Assembly (NCBI GenBank): GCA_030324005.1
Contig: JARDVH010000073.1
Coordinates: forward strand, 80,956,377-81,020,376
Reading direction: 5' to 3'
DNA length: 64,000 nucleotides
Origin: Negaprion brevirostris
Lineage: Eukaryota
Below are positions 25,800-38,791 of the stretch, in pieces (position 1 is the first letter of the stretch; each line of letters opens with the position of its first letter). The translations under genes and the position numbers were made by a program. Below the pieces are notes generated by a model, which did no database searches, was not told the origin of the DNA, and was given only the letters and a program-made list of their open reading frames with translations.

Positions 25800-26025
25800 G
25801 AGTTTGCACATTCTCCTCATGTCTGCTCTGGTTCCCTCCCACAATACAAAGATGTGCTGGTTAGGTTGACTGACCATGCTAAAATTGCTCCTTAGTATCC
25901 TGAGATACGTAGGTTAGAGGGATCAGTGGGTGGATATGGGATAGGGCCTGGGTGGAAGTGTGGTTGGTGCAAACTCGATGGGCCAAATGGCCTCTTTCTG
26001 CACTGCAGGGTTTCTATGATTTCTA
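25800..26025 (+). mobile_element. 5'-truncated HE1-type V-SINE
   Basis: gagtttgcacattctcc...gggccaaatggcctctttctgcactgcagggtttctatgatttcta. Confidence 0.9.
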
Positions 26026-26854
26026 TAAATACCGATTAGATGGAATGTACATCAAATCCTTTGTCAATATGATGCATTTCAGTTGTGTTATTTGCTGCTT
26101 CTTTGACAGGGAACTCATCGAGAATGCAATTATATTTGGTAATAGTAATTACTTCAATAATAATTGCAGTTTCAATTTCAACTGACATAGAAAATTGGTT
26201 CAAAATAACAATCTCTCAGGTTCAGTACGAACTAATGTGCCTCATGAGAAAAAAATCGGTATAAACTTGCGACCAAAATATTGCATATCGTAGATTTACA
26301 ACAGAAAGGTATAAAACATGGCACTGCACTAGCGATTGCAAGCAAAGCATGCAGAATTTGCACAGCCAATCTTATATGGCATTCCAACAGGGCTAGAAAA
26401 CCTGATGAGCTTCATTTCTGACANNNNNNGGTTGGAATGTAGCATGAGAAAGGTTTAGGAGCACCAGGAAATCCAGTATTCATCATCTCCAGGCCTCTAA
26501 AGGGCTGATGGAAGTTTTGCAAATCACATATTCAATTTGTGCCAGGGATGATTTGACTATCGGCAGATTCCATCCCATCATGTCAGTGCAGCTGGACATC
26601 TGCCCTGGGTATAAAGCTGGCCTTGACAAGATTTAGGACTTCAATGCTTAAGGCCTCGTAGCGTATATGGTTAGAATTTGCCCCAGAGCTTGCAATTATA
26701 AAGCAAAAATTTTACTTTTCCCTTTACTCTTCACTTGATTGTTTCCCTTGAGTTTTCCCTCACAAAAGTGGAAAAATGTGCTAGAATTGAATTCCATGGA
26801 GGTCAAGTAGCCCTTTGACACCAGGAGCTGGATTTTCACCAAGACTCTCTTTCC

Positions 26855-27062
26855 AAAGACTCGCATTCCAACCTTTATCTTATAAATTGAGATTGAGTCT
26901 ACATATGCCCTGTTCGTGGACACAACTCCCACTCACCTGATGAAGGGGCAGTGCTCTGAAAGCTTGTGGCTTGTGCTACCAAATAAACCTGCCGGCCTTT
27001 AACCTGGTGTTGTGAGACTTCTTACTGTGCTTACTCCAGGACAATGCCAACATCTCCACATC
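26855..27062 (+). mobile_element. Penelope family A pLTR plus tail
   Basis: Matches the right arm at 52306-52399 and the piece at 1-69. Confidence 0.75.
26934..26968 (+). ncRNA. Minimal type I hammerhead ribozyme motif
   Basis: CAC-CUGAUGA-A-GGGGC(AGU)GCUCU-GAAA-GC-UU-GUG: both core boxes, helix II with G-U pairs, palindromic AAGCUU helix III, 3-bp helix I. Confidence 0.7.
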
Positions 27063-29064
27063 CTCAAAAAGGTGCCATGAGCCATAACCTGCATGAGAGG
27101 ACCTTTCAAAAAATATGTTTAAAAGGCCACCTCATGCCTTCCATACCATGTTATGTCCCCCTAAACAACGCCAATGTTCCTTTATGTCCCCCACCCATCC
27201 CCATGGCCCCTCACGTCCTCTGTGTTACGTTGTGACTCTTCCATGCCCATTGACCCACTATACACTGTATAGGTCTCATAGCTACAATAGGATTTGTTAA
27301 AACAAAAGCTTTTAAAAACTCATACATAACTTCCAACTATGTTTTTTAAAAAAGTCATTTTATTACAGGAGAAATCAGACCCTTTACAATTTCGACAGTT
27401 GAAACAGCAAGCACTTGAAACCTCAATCTTGTGAAAATAGATAGTGTAATTGACAGCATACATCTGAGAGTCAGAACTGTTAATCAAATAATGCTTTCTC
27501 TGAGACTCAATTGTTTCAACAGACTAATTAATTTCTGGGCTCCTAACCAAGCCTCATTCTACATTTTTGGCATGAAGCATGAATATGGCATGAGTGTGTG
27601 GGGGCTGAGAGCAGTGCAAGGGATGGAAGGCCTTTTTGTTTTTATATGAATTGTGATTTAAACAGCCCACCTCAGCAGCTGGCAAATCCTTTTGGCTGTC
27701 TTCCAACTTATTCTGAGGTCAACTGGCCCACACCCAATGACCACCCCGCCCCCAACTCACCCCCACAGAGGCCAATTGGCAAAGCTGAGAATTTTCCCTA
27801 TTCCTGCTACTTGCTGAGGGTGAAAACCAGACAATGCAAGTATCCAATTTTTATATGATTGTGTCAGCAGGCCGTAATCCACACATGACATTCACACATC
27901 TGTATCTCCTGAGGCTTACCAACTGAGGCTTGCACAAATTAATGCAATGATACCCCAGCAGCTTAGCATCATACCGCAAGAAAGTAGAATGCTCTCAAAA
28001 CTTATCATCAAACAGTAAAACAATAGCCTCAAAATAACAATCCACATTCTTTTACTTTAATTTCCCTCGTCGCTTCAGCCAGGAAAAAATGTCATCAGAA
28101 ATCCATCTTTTCCACTTCACAAGCTGCACAAATCTCACCATTTTCTTTGCTACATCCAGAAGAATAGATTTTGTGGTTTGCCAAAACTCTCTGGGTGTTC
28201 TCTAGTGAGCTGCCACCTGCAGCGCTTGAAACATGTTGGTGGTTTCCACTGCAGCCTCTGCTGCCTCATCATCCTTAAGCTCATCTAAATTAATGTGTCA
28301 TTAAAAAGAAACCTATTTTGTCCTTCTGCCTTCTCTGACCTTCAATATTGATGATCAAATGATGTCAGAACACAGACTGGCCTCTCTCTGACAGGCAATG
28401 AGGGCAAGAGGAGAATAGAAATCAATAGAGAATGATTGTTTGTTGTGCCCGGAGCAAGAACAATGAAAGACAAGGCAACCTTGACAACCAATATTATTGC
28501 CTGCGAGTCGGTAGGATATGGATTCCAGAGTTTCAATTGAGGGCAAGTAAGTTCCTAGGCTCATGCAAGATAGCAGAGGTGTTTGTGGAGTTGGGGAGTG
28601 GTGGGGGGTGTGGGGTGTGTGGAGGGCAGCAGTTGCAGCTCAGCTGCTTTTTCATTAAAGGTCTTTTGGTCTCAGTTTCTAATCTTTCACCAGGAAGACT
28701 ACAAAGTGATTGGCATGATTGACTTCTTCAACTTCCCACACTTGAGTCAAGCCCCACTCCAGTCTGACTGGCTGAGGTCTACATTTCAATGTCAGAAGCC
28801 TCTTACGGTGAATCTCAGTTCCATTATTCTGTCGTGTGTTGGGTTTCCAACACTTGCAACAATGTTCAATGATTTCGAGCAGGGGATTTGATAGTTGAGG
28901 CACAAACAATGAATTGCATACCATAGTACAAAAGTGCAAGTGACCCTACCTCCAACCACACCCCCTTGCTCTCGTACACAAAAATATAAATGCAACCCTA
29001 CACCAAAAAAAAATCGGGACAGCCCCCACACATCCAATCAATGCCCCTATGCACAAAAAACATC

Positions 29065-29934
29065 GGGTGGCAGCTCACTTAGCAGTGATCGTACTGGTTC
29101 GTCACATCGGTCAATCAGCATGTCAAACCAGTAAGATTGCGAGAGGCGCAAAAAACTGGTTTCACACCTGGTTTTTTGCCTCTCGCGATCTTACTAGCCC
29201 TGGATTGCCAGCGTGATCAGCCTCGGACCCAAGAAGGGCGCAAGGCTGATTTAAATATTTAAATAATCATTTTCCTATAATTAGTGAGTCCCAGACGCTA
29301 TCGTCCAGCCTCACTTTTCTTAATGGTCTTGCTGGTTGGTGTCCTAACCAGCGAGGATCACGTATGGTTCTCATCAATGGTGTTGTGATGTAATAGTATC
29401 AATGTTGCAACCAAGGCCATTGAAGCCCCCCTGGGTGGTCATTAGGCAAGGGGGTGGACAGTGCCCCTTGAGCAATTCCAGCCTGGGACCAGGCAGTGCC
29501 AAGCGGTAGTGTCTAAGGGGAGGTAATGGATCCCAAGGGGAGGCAGGTGGAGGCAACTGTANNNNNNNNNNNNNNNNNNNNNNNNNNNNNNNNNNNNNNN
29601 NNNNNNNNNNNNNNNNNNNNNNNNNNNNNNNNNNNNNNNNNNNNNNNNNNNNNNNNNNNNNGTAGTGAGATCCAGAGGAGTGTCAGATCTTCCAAGTACA
29701 CTTTACACAGGACACCCCAGATCTGTGCATGTGCAATAGTGCACTCTAGCTGTGAGCAACTGGCTTTCTGGCAAGAATAGATTCCATCCACTCCCCCTAA
29801 TGGCATGAATCACACTTTGCCTTTTTTTTACAGTAAGTGGCATAAGATTGTAAGCTCACTGAAAAAATAGGCGTGATTCTTTCCCAATTTCATGTTCATT
29901 CGGCCCTTAGGATTTTTTTGGTAAGATCGTCCCC
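29065..29934. mobile_element. GC-rich non-autonomous DNA transposon relic, Harbinger-like
   Basis: Ends ggtaagatcgtcccc; internal motifs (ccattgaagcccccctgggtgg) shared in reverse with 57865-57890. Confidence 0.5.
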
Positions 29935-31571
29935 CACAGTTCTTTATTAGCCAGCTTGGTCATGTTTGCCACACAGCTATCCATAATTACTTCCATTGAT
30001 TTTCTCTATTACTACCTCCTTGTCTGCTGCTATCAAAGTTCGCAAATCCTAAGCTTTCACTCTCAGGACTTCAAACTTCCTAAAGTTCGAAATCTGGTAA
30101 AATCCCAATTGATAAAGAATATCAAGAAACAACCTTTTTTCAATCTTCCAAGCTAGCCAATTGTTACTAGCTTCTCATGCTTTATCCACAGAGCCTATCC
30201 CCATGAGTGTGGATTTTAAATTAATAAAGGTTTTTGTAAATGAAGTATCAATGCAAGAAAGGATAACCCATCAGTGCCATCTCTGATGGAGGGAGAAGAA
30301 CAGCAAGCACTATGATGCACTTCTGACACTACTGTGCATGTCCAGATTTGGTGTTAGACCTTTACAGCATTCAGTCACAAAGAGCACAAGACAAAGTGAC
30401 TGCCACTGAAATACGCACAGAATAGATCATCTCAAACTCCTGCATATCCAATGGTAAAACGATGTGAAAAGGTCAATAAGCTTTAGGTCATTTTTTGCAA
30501 GCTTGCAATATTACTAGTATAATTATGGTATTAGATACAATAAATTTAGAAATCCAACTGATTCAACTGGTTTCATTGGTAGGGAACAAGCTTAGAAACA
30601 AAAATAAAAACTGCAGCTTCTGAATCCGAGATCAAGAAGGCAAAAGAGTTAAGTGCGGAAGCAGCTGAAATTGACATTAAGTCATTCAGGTTAATTCAGG
30701 CAAGGTCATCCAAGAGAGAGACACAATGACAAGAACCAAGAAGCCAATTGCAAAACCGCAAGATACAACAGCAGGGACTGGGAAACCTACTGTTGAGGTT
30801 CCTGTCCAAAATTTCCACCATCAAGCTCGCAATAATAAATGAGATTTTAGAGGTGTGGGGACATGTGCCACCTATCATGAGGGATCATCCTGATTGTATG
30901 CTTCAAGTACATGAATAGCCATTTAAACATTTGGCAAGAGGAGCCGTTAATGGGAAAAAAATACTTGCAACAAGGACGAGGCAACAAGTGGTCCTTAAAG
31001 ATATTATCAATATACATTGGAAAGCTGCTTTTGCTCTGTAGGCTTCAATTCTGTCAAAAGATTGAATTTTTATTTCCAGCTGTCTATTCAGATTTCAGAT
31101 TTCCACCACTTGCAGTTTATTTTGCTTTAACTTGCAGATTTCATTTCCAGAAATATCAACAAATATTACATTTTTAAAATTGTCATGGTTCATTTGTAGC
31201 TTCAGCATTTTGCTGGGCCCTATAAAGGTCTCCAATTATCTTGATCTTAATGTGCTACATTATTGTACATTAATTGTCCAACAATTCAAGAATAGCATCA
31301 AATTAATTAAGATATTTAGCAGACCAGGTACCCAAATTCTTAAAGTGCCACTGACTAATCCTTTGCAGAGCCTTGTATACAGGTGAGTTGGTGAGCGAAG
31401 TACTGTCACATTTCCATGTGAACAAACTGAAAATAAAAAACAGGAACTGGGAATTTTGAGAAAATGGAAAATTTCCGTCAGCAAGCAGAAAAGAAACAAT
31501 ACACATCAAAAGATTGTGCTGGTTCACTTTAATCGTTAATATGAAGTAGTTGTTAATCTGTAGTTGGTAAT

Positions 31572-31862
31572 GGGTTGCATGGTTTGCACAACTGCCTCAC
31601 AGCGCCAGAGACCCAGATTCGATTCCTGGCTTGGGTCACTGAATGTGTGGAGTCTGCATGTTCTCCCCCATGTCTGCATGGGTTTACTCCGGGTGCCCCA
31701 GTTTCCTCCCACTGTCCAAAGATGTGCAAGTTAGCAACGGCCTTGCTAAATTCTCTCTCGGTGTACCTAAACAGGCACCACAGTGTGGCAACGAGGGGAT
31801 TTTCACTGTAACTTTAATGTAGTGTTAATGTAAGCCTACTAGTGACAATAATAAATAAGCTT
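31572..31862 (+). mobile_element. V-SINE with the alternative tail
   Basis: HE1-like head and V-domain, then ctaaattctctctcggtgtacc...gtaagcctactagtgacaataataaataa. Confidence 0.85.
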
Positions 31863-31966
31863 AAAAAAAACTAAAAAAAATCCTGACCATGCAGTGCTAA
31901 AAAAAATGCAATAATTTTACAATGTTTCTGGTTGATAATGAAAAATGGTGGTACGCTTGAAACAAA

Positions 31967-32118
31967 CACTCAGTGATTCACCAGCATTGCCCGAGTGAGT
32001 TTCATACCCACCGATTCATCAGCACAGACTTAGCGTGGATATCCAATGACTCACTGGCACAGTTTGAGTGGTATATCCTAATGACTCATCGGCTGCAATT
32101 GTAAGTGGATATCCCTTA
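31967..32118. repeat. Degenerate minisatellite, about 35-38 bp period, about 4 units
   Basis: YGAYTCA cores at 31974, 32012, 32047 and 32082; recurring gtggatatcc-like unit ends. Confidence 0.6.
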
Positions 32119-32985
32119 ATAAAATCATGACTGGCCTGATTTAAAAGGAATCATCACCATTGCGGCTCTGCAGTGCACAATAAATAACAATTTCCACTTG
32201 ACAAAACTAATGTTTAAATAGGATGATGCTTCTTTTGTGCATCACACAATACTATAGTTCATGTCTTGATGTTGCTTTCATTGTCACCACACTTAATATT
32301 AGTTGTATCACTTTGGATTGACAAGAACTCAATTCAACAATATTGACAAACTGATGTCAAATCTGTATCAGAATACAGACAGGATTATTGTACAAAAATC
32401 ACTAAATGCAACCTTACATTTTTCTTTAAGAATATTGTCACCTGCACCTCACTTTTCCATTAGTCACACACTTGTAACTTCAATACATAAGCCAAAAATC
32501 AAACAAATTTCCTGTTTAAAAAATCCATGGCTTTTATCTGTCGACAACTACTCTATTCTGAAACCTTGAAATTACATTGTGTGAATGTTGACACACAGTT
32601 GTTTAGCAGTTTGCATGACATTTCCTTGTCCATCACATCAGTGGATGTATTAGCCTATCAATTTCATTTCTAACTTTTTTCATTGACATTATTTCCTCAT
32701 TGTTTTACAATTGAGACTATAATTAACTTTGTGCTATGAAAAATGATCAGTCTAATCCTGCTCCCTGCAATAAATGGTTTTCCATGACAATTTCTTCCTC
32801 CTTTTTCAGATTTATTCTGAACAGGTACCTAAATTTGGATTTGGTAGGCTCAAACCCAAACTCTGCATTTTTTCCACAGTTATTTTTAGCCTGATTCCTG
32901 GCCTCCTCATCAGTCAAATTAAACCAAACTTGATCCCCGCACTAAAAATCCAAAATAAATACTCTTGAGCTTTCTAGTCGAGTGG

Positions 32986-33112
32986 AGGCAGGATTTTCCA
33001 GCTGCCCTCGCCCCAATGCCAGAAAATCCTGCCAGCGGTCAATGGACCTTTGCATGGTCCATGTCCTGCCCGCTACAACTCCAGTGGTAGGCAGGATGGC
33101 AAAATTCTACCC
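32986..33112. mobile_element. PIF/Harbinger-like MITE
   Basis: AGGCAGGATTTT / AAAATTCTACCC termini; TSD not preserved. Confidence 0.55.
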
Positions 33113-33227
33113 TATGTCTTAGTGCGAATGTCAGATATTAACATTTAAAATTACGTATATTTTAATTCCACAAATAAAAGGTTTTCTTCTCCTTCCCCAT
33201 CTTCAATGAACTTAGCACTTCTAACCT

Positions 33228-33500
33228 GGGTGGCACGGTGGCACTGCCTCACAGCCCCACGGTTTCATTCTCGGCTTCGGTCATTGTCAGCTCGGAGTCT
33301 GCTCATTCTCCCCATATCTGTGTGGGTTTACTCTGGATGCTCCAATTTCCTCTCAGTCCAAAGATGTGTAGATTAGGTGCATTGGCCATGCTAAATTTTC
33401 CCTCAGTGTACCTGAACAAGCACTGGAGTGTGGCAACTAGGGGATTTTCACAGTAACTTCATTGTAGCATTAATGTAAACCTACTTGTGATACTAATAAG
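33228..33500 (+). mobile_element. V-SINE with the alternative tail
   Basis: gggtggcacggtggcac head; tail ctcagtgtacctgaacaag...ggattttcacagtaacttcattgtagc...tactaataa. Confidence 0.85.
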
Positions 33501-34628
33501 CCTACTCTGTTTTAAAGTTTACTTATGTACTGCAATGGAGCGTCAACTGTGGATGATACACTGAGATCCTGCCTTGAGACGTGAACGTGAACTTTTCACA
33601 GCTTTATCATTTAAATAGGAGTTCTAATATGTGCTTTAAATAATCAAATTCCTAAATGCCACAGTTCTTATTTAATCACTTGAAAATTTACTTGAAAGAA
33701 TTTAATCCTTTGAAAGCATTTAATCCTTCGAGTGAATACGACAAAATTTAGGATCACTAAAAATATTTAGATGCTGACAAGACATGAGTAACACAGTTTT
33801 ATATTCCTTGTTGTGTATATCTGGAACAATGAAATTGCACTTGTATTCTTTTAAGGCCAGCATTATCAACATAAACTTTTGACCAGTAAATCTCCTACCA
33901 CAGCCGCAATGCAAAAATTAGCTTGCTGGAATTGAATGATTAGAGTACATTAGCTAAGCATCCCAATTTCTGATAAGTTCTGGTAAAAACTTTTTTCCCT
34001 TTCTTCCCTAATCTTGGATACAAGAGGTTAATTGTTGGGCACTCAATACTATTCAAGTAACCCCAAAGACTAATACTTAAAACAGGAGCTGTGTGTGCAT
34101 AGCTTGACATTGTACCAAAGATATTAATCTATTCAGTCATTGGTAAGTCTATTATTTTCTTTTTGTGCGGGACTAATGCGGCAGGAAGTGTAGTAGCAAC
34201 CATGAAATATGCATCCTTCATGCGAGATGAAATTATTTCAGATTTAAAAACATCAACAGTGTTAAACCTATACCAATATTATGCTATTACACCTTAATGG
34301 AAGGCCAGGATATGAAAAAATGGAATTATGGTGATGTCAACACATGTGAAAATTCAGATTATGAAGACTAATCAGCTATTTTGATTCAGCCTCTGCTGCT
34401 TATTTGATAAAATGAGGTGGATGGAATGACTAACAATCATTCTGGAAAAAACACTATTGAGCATAAGCACCCTAATATTCTACAACTCGGGATATCCAAT
34501 CATGCTTTTCTTAAAAATAAACTTTTTCCTTCCATAAGTGAAATGTTTCAGAAGGGCATCAGTTTATTGGAGAAAAACAATTCTAGGTGCCACAGTTTTT
34601 CTGTAGCCTGGAAGAAACAAGCAAGTTA

Positions 34629-34943
34629 GGGTGACATGGTGGCACACTGGTTAGCACTGCTGCCTCAGAGTGCCAGGGGACCGGGATTCAATTCTGGCCT
34701 CTGGTCACTGTCTGTGTGGAGTTTGCACATTCTCCCAGTGTCTGCATGGGTTTTCTCCGGGTGCTCTGATTTCCTCCCACAGTCCAAAGATGTGCAGGTT
34801 AGGGTGAGACGGCTTGCTATCTTGACCTTAGGGGACTGGAAAGGGTCATCACATGGGGTTATGGGAATAAAGCCAGGGTAGGATTGTGGTTGGTGCAGAC
34901 TCAAATGGGCCGAATAGCCTCCTTCTGCACTGTAGGATTCTAT
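34629..34943 (+). mobile_element. Full-length HE1-type V-SINE with 13-bp TSD
   Basis: gaaacaagcaagt at 34614-34626 and 34944-34956 flanks head to tail. Confidence 0.93.
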
Positions 34944-35595
34944 GAAACAAGCAAGTGATCGCTAATTACATTACAGAATAATTTCTGATAAGATGCTGTG
35001 AAGACTATCTGCTTTGAAATGAATGATGGTTATAGATTGCAAGTCATATATTATGAGGCTTTGTTTTGAATATACATTTAGCTTTGTTCAGTGATGATGA
35101 TAATTGTGCATGTTATCTCAGATATTGATCCTCAATATTCCTGAACTAAAGGAGGATGAAAATAATAAGAGAAACGGTGGTTCCAGCTCATGATGAATAG
35201 TCATTGATTCCTGCTGTAAATTGTATGCTGGGCAAAAACATTTAATCACTTCCCACAATCAAAAAGTCTTTAGAAAAGGACAGCATACACTCTTAGCACA
35301 GAAAGGGAGAAAATTAGGAGAAAAAAACACAACTATTACGCCTTTCAATAGAACGTGATAATTCACCATTTAGTTCAGTCTCAACGTCTAAGCTCGCTGA
35401 GTTTTCCCCAAATAAGACTGGTGTCTTGTACCAGCCTGATTTCCAGGGCACAAACCCAGTATACTTAGTAGTGCATCTTCCTGAAGAAGTTCCATTAAGA
35501 GGTCGCTTCCAGAGACGGTATAGCCTAGGGATTTGGCTATACAATCAGGTGAGAGGGTCAATCAGAACAGCCAAAATGAAAAGCAGCCAGCAGAC

Positions 35596-35671
35596 TCTCT
35601 GTGAATGGAGGAGGAGATGTCTGGATCAAGTGAATTCTCTGTGAATGGAGGAGGAGATGTCTGGATCAAGT
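35596..35671. repeat. Tandem duplication: 36 bp identical, 40-bp period
   Basis: tctctgtgaatggaggaggagatgtctggatcaagt at 35596 and 35636. Confidence 0.95.
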
Positions 35672-36641
35672 TGCCATATTGCTGACGGGAATGGCTGCCA
35701 ATTCCTTATGCCCAGTACGATCTAAAGGGTCTGTCTACAGATAATATGCACATTTGTCTGTGAATGACCTGATGATTGCCGATGTTACCCTTTAAAGTGA
35801 CCACTGCATATGAATCTCATGGCACTCCAGCCTCCCGCTGTGTTCTCAGCTCCTATCAGCCAATACGCTGCAGACACAGCATGGGTTGCAAACATCACTG
35901 GCAAAATTCCATTGCCTTTCAAAAATACTTGCCTGCCTCTAAAATTACCTTAATTGACTTGCTATCGCTGACAAGTGAGTTGCCATCATCACTCTGAAAC
36001 TGTCTCTGGTAAAAGTGCAAGGCGATGGAAACAGGTAGGGGAGCTTCTCTGAAGCATTTTATGCCATCTTCTTGCCCCAGCTCCAAGGTGTAGGACAGCT
36101 CACCCCACTATCTGTATTATATGCGATTATCTTTCAAGTAATAATCAACTCATCAATTCCTTCGTTGAATGTTCAGTTTCAAGTGCAATTAGCTCCCCAG
36201 CTATCTCCATCACAAGTATTAACAAAANNNNNNNNNNNNNNNNNNNNNNNNNNNNNNNNNNNNNNNNNNNNNNNNNNNNNNNNNNNNNNNNNNNNNNNNN
36301 NNNNNNNNNNNNNNNNNNNNNNNNNNNGTATTAACAAAATAATCCCCAGAGAAGTGATTTATCCTTTTTCATTTTCTCCTGCTTCCTTCCAATATCTTGC
36401 CATAGTGAAAGGTCGAATTACAAAGGTTACTTAACCACAGCTGAGTCCAACTTGGTCTTCATGTCAAGCATATACATTTCCAGACACTAACTGAATCTCT
36501 ATAATCAAATCTTATTTCCACAGAATATTGTGGTTATGAATTTATGCACCATGACCAAAATGCCAAAAATTGGCTTGTATTCTCAGTGGACTGAGAGTGC
36601 CTGTGTAAATGCCAAGAATTTTGTTTCATAATTCCAATTAT

Positions 36642-36900
36642 GGGCAGCACGGTGGCACAGTAGTTAGCACTGCTGTCTCACACTGTTGCGTGTGTTTGCC
36701 CCGGTTTCCTACCACACTGTAAACATGTGCAGGTTGGGTGGATTGGCTATGTTGAACTGGTCCCAAGTGTCCAGGGATATGTAACTTAGGTGATAAATGA
36801 ATGGGGTTATGCCTAGATAAGATGATCTGTCGGAGAGCTTGTGCAGACTCAATGGGCCAAATGGCCTCCTTTTCACTGTGGGCATTCTATGAAATTTTAT
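36642..36900 (+). mobile_element. HE1-type V-SINE with internal deletion
   Basis: gggcagcacggtggcacagtagttagcac head; tail gggccaaatggcctcc...ttctatga. Confidence 0.85.
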
Positions 36901-37719
36901 GGAACCCAGTTTATAATACCACGTTGATGCGAAGAACAAATTTCTACATATTTGTGATTGTTTTAATACTTGTCTGTCCAGAATGATTGGATGGCACTGT
37001 AAAAGATGGTATTTGAACATGCAGCAATATTTTACCCACAAATAGGCAGCTGTAATTAATTTCACATTTATTCCTTTGTACCTAATCCTAACAATTAAAT
37101 AGCTCTCTCAGGTGTTGTAAAGCTTTCTCCTCTGCAATATAAGTGTTCCTTCAATGCTCATTGCTTCAATGCTTCAGATCTCAAAACATTCAGTATCGAT
37201 TATAATGACTTTTAGGAGGAAATAATTCATCATCAGAAAGTGCGTGGCAATTTTTCTTTCTTGGAGAGAAAAAAGATCTGTGAACTTTTTTTTGCCATGA
37301 TTGTATCACACAAACAAATGACATAATTCCATTCTGTTCTTTTGGCATTGATCAGTTGGAGGATTTGCCATTTTTGATTTTCAAGGAGAAGCTTAAAGGA
37401 GAGAAAGGTAATAAGCAACTGAAGCCACAGCTGCCAGCAGTATGGTGAAGGGAATGAGGAATGCATAAGGATCCAGAGCTGGCAGAAAGCAGAGTTTCTA
37501 CAGCATTTGTATGCTAATTAGAGATAGTGAGAGAAGTTTGCCCCAGTATATATTTTAAGCATAAGGTACATGTGTCGAATGGAGCTCTCTACACTCAGCT
37601 GTTATGCTTATTTTGCTGTCAATCTTGATCGGCAGCAGTAGAAGCACCATTTTGTTGGTTAGGTGCCAGTCTTATGGTTCGATGGCCGCACTTAATTTAT
37701 TAAAACAGAATGTGTTAAC

Positions 37720-37965
37720 TTCAAATCCCCTTCCAGAATTGCAAGTTTACAATCTAAACTGTTACATCAGTGATGAGGAAGCACTGTATTTGTGTAACTG
37801 CGTTCCTTCTAATGAGAGGTTAAACCCAATCTGCTTTCTCAGGTGGATGCAAATGATGCGGGACCTTGCTGCGTACAAACTGGATGTTGGGTTCCTTTAC
37901 ATCACATGGTTACTGCCTTTCAAAACTACTTCATTGGCTATAAAACAGTTTGGGGCAGTTGTAGG
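37720..37965 (+). mobile_element. SacSINE1-like DeuSINE, internally deleted
   Basis: atctgctttctcaggtggatgcaaa...gggaccttgctgcgtacaaactgg...acttcattggctataaaacagtttggg. Confidence 0.6.
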
Positions 37966-38620
37966 GAGTGAAAATCACTGTAGCCAGACAGTCAGATGGA
38001 ACATACATTGTCAGCAAGGTGCTGAATCGTGGGAGAACGAGACACAAGTTGGCAGGGCACAAATTGCCCTGCTTGTTCTCAGTCACTCACAAAACAACAG
38101 GCTTCAGAAATGCTAACTCCTTGCAGTATAAAAGTGTGGTGCCTCAAATAGCCACAGATAGATTTACTTTGAAGACTATGATACTCTTAGAACCTCCAAC
38201 TGAGGTATTTTTCCTTCCAGTATCTGCAACCACCATCCTCTCAAACTTTACCTATGCTGGTCAAAAAGAGAAAATACATTTTTAGGAAACAATAAAAAGT
38301 CCACAAGTTTGACAATGAAAGCCATCTAACCACATTCCTTTTATAATTATTTCCCTCTCCAGAAGCAGCTCCAGTATTCTCCTGAACACTGTCCACTTGA
38401 ATGAATTCGGTAATGACCACTTGTGAGATGGTATGAGGTGGTAACAAGAGTGCATGTTAAAAATTAAAGGAGGTTTGAAAGGATTCTTCATACAGCCAGC
38501 AATTACTGGTCAACCAAAGTCCATTTTTCTTAAAGAAAGGATTTAGACTGCTCCTTGAAAGATATGGAAGAAAACACTACCTGCTGTATGGGTCAAATAA
38601 CATGTTCCAACATTAAGAAT

Positions 38621-38791
38621 TCATAGAACCCCTACAGTGCAGAAGGAAGCCATTTGGGCCATCAAGCCTGCACTGACCACAATCCCACCCAGGCCCTACT
38701 CCCATAATCCCTTGCATTTACCCTAGCTATTCCTCCTGACACTAACGGACAATTCCGCATGATCAATCCGCCTAACCTGCATATCTTTGGA
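38621..38791 (-). mobile_element. HE1-type V-SINE 3' half
   Basis: catagaacccctacagtgcagaagga...cctaacctgcatatctttgg. Confidence 0.9.

Noticed and set aside
28208-28226. CTCF-like motif GCTGCAGGTGGCAGC (minus strand)
   Set aside because: Two mismatches to the core; not supportable without a PWM score or ChIP data
31351-31445. Overlapping plus-strand 14-nt microexon (31369-31382) and minus-strand acceptor at 31427
   Set aside because: Frame-shifting length, no good donor for the minus exon, peptides not recognised
31967-32118. CRISPR-like periodicity
   Set aside because: Vertebrate context, degenerate repeats, spacers similar to each other, no cas genes
37604-38116. Longest ORF (170 aa)
   Set aside because: Runs through a decayed DeuSINE; no domain-like composition
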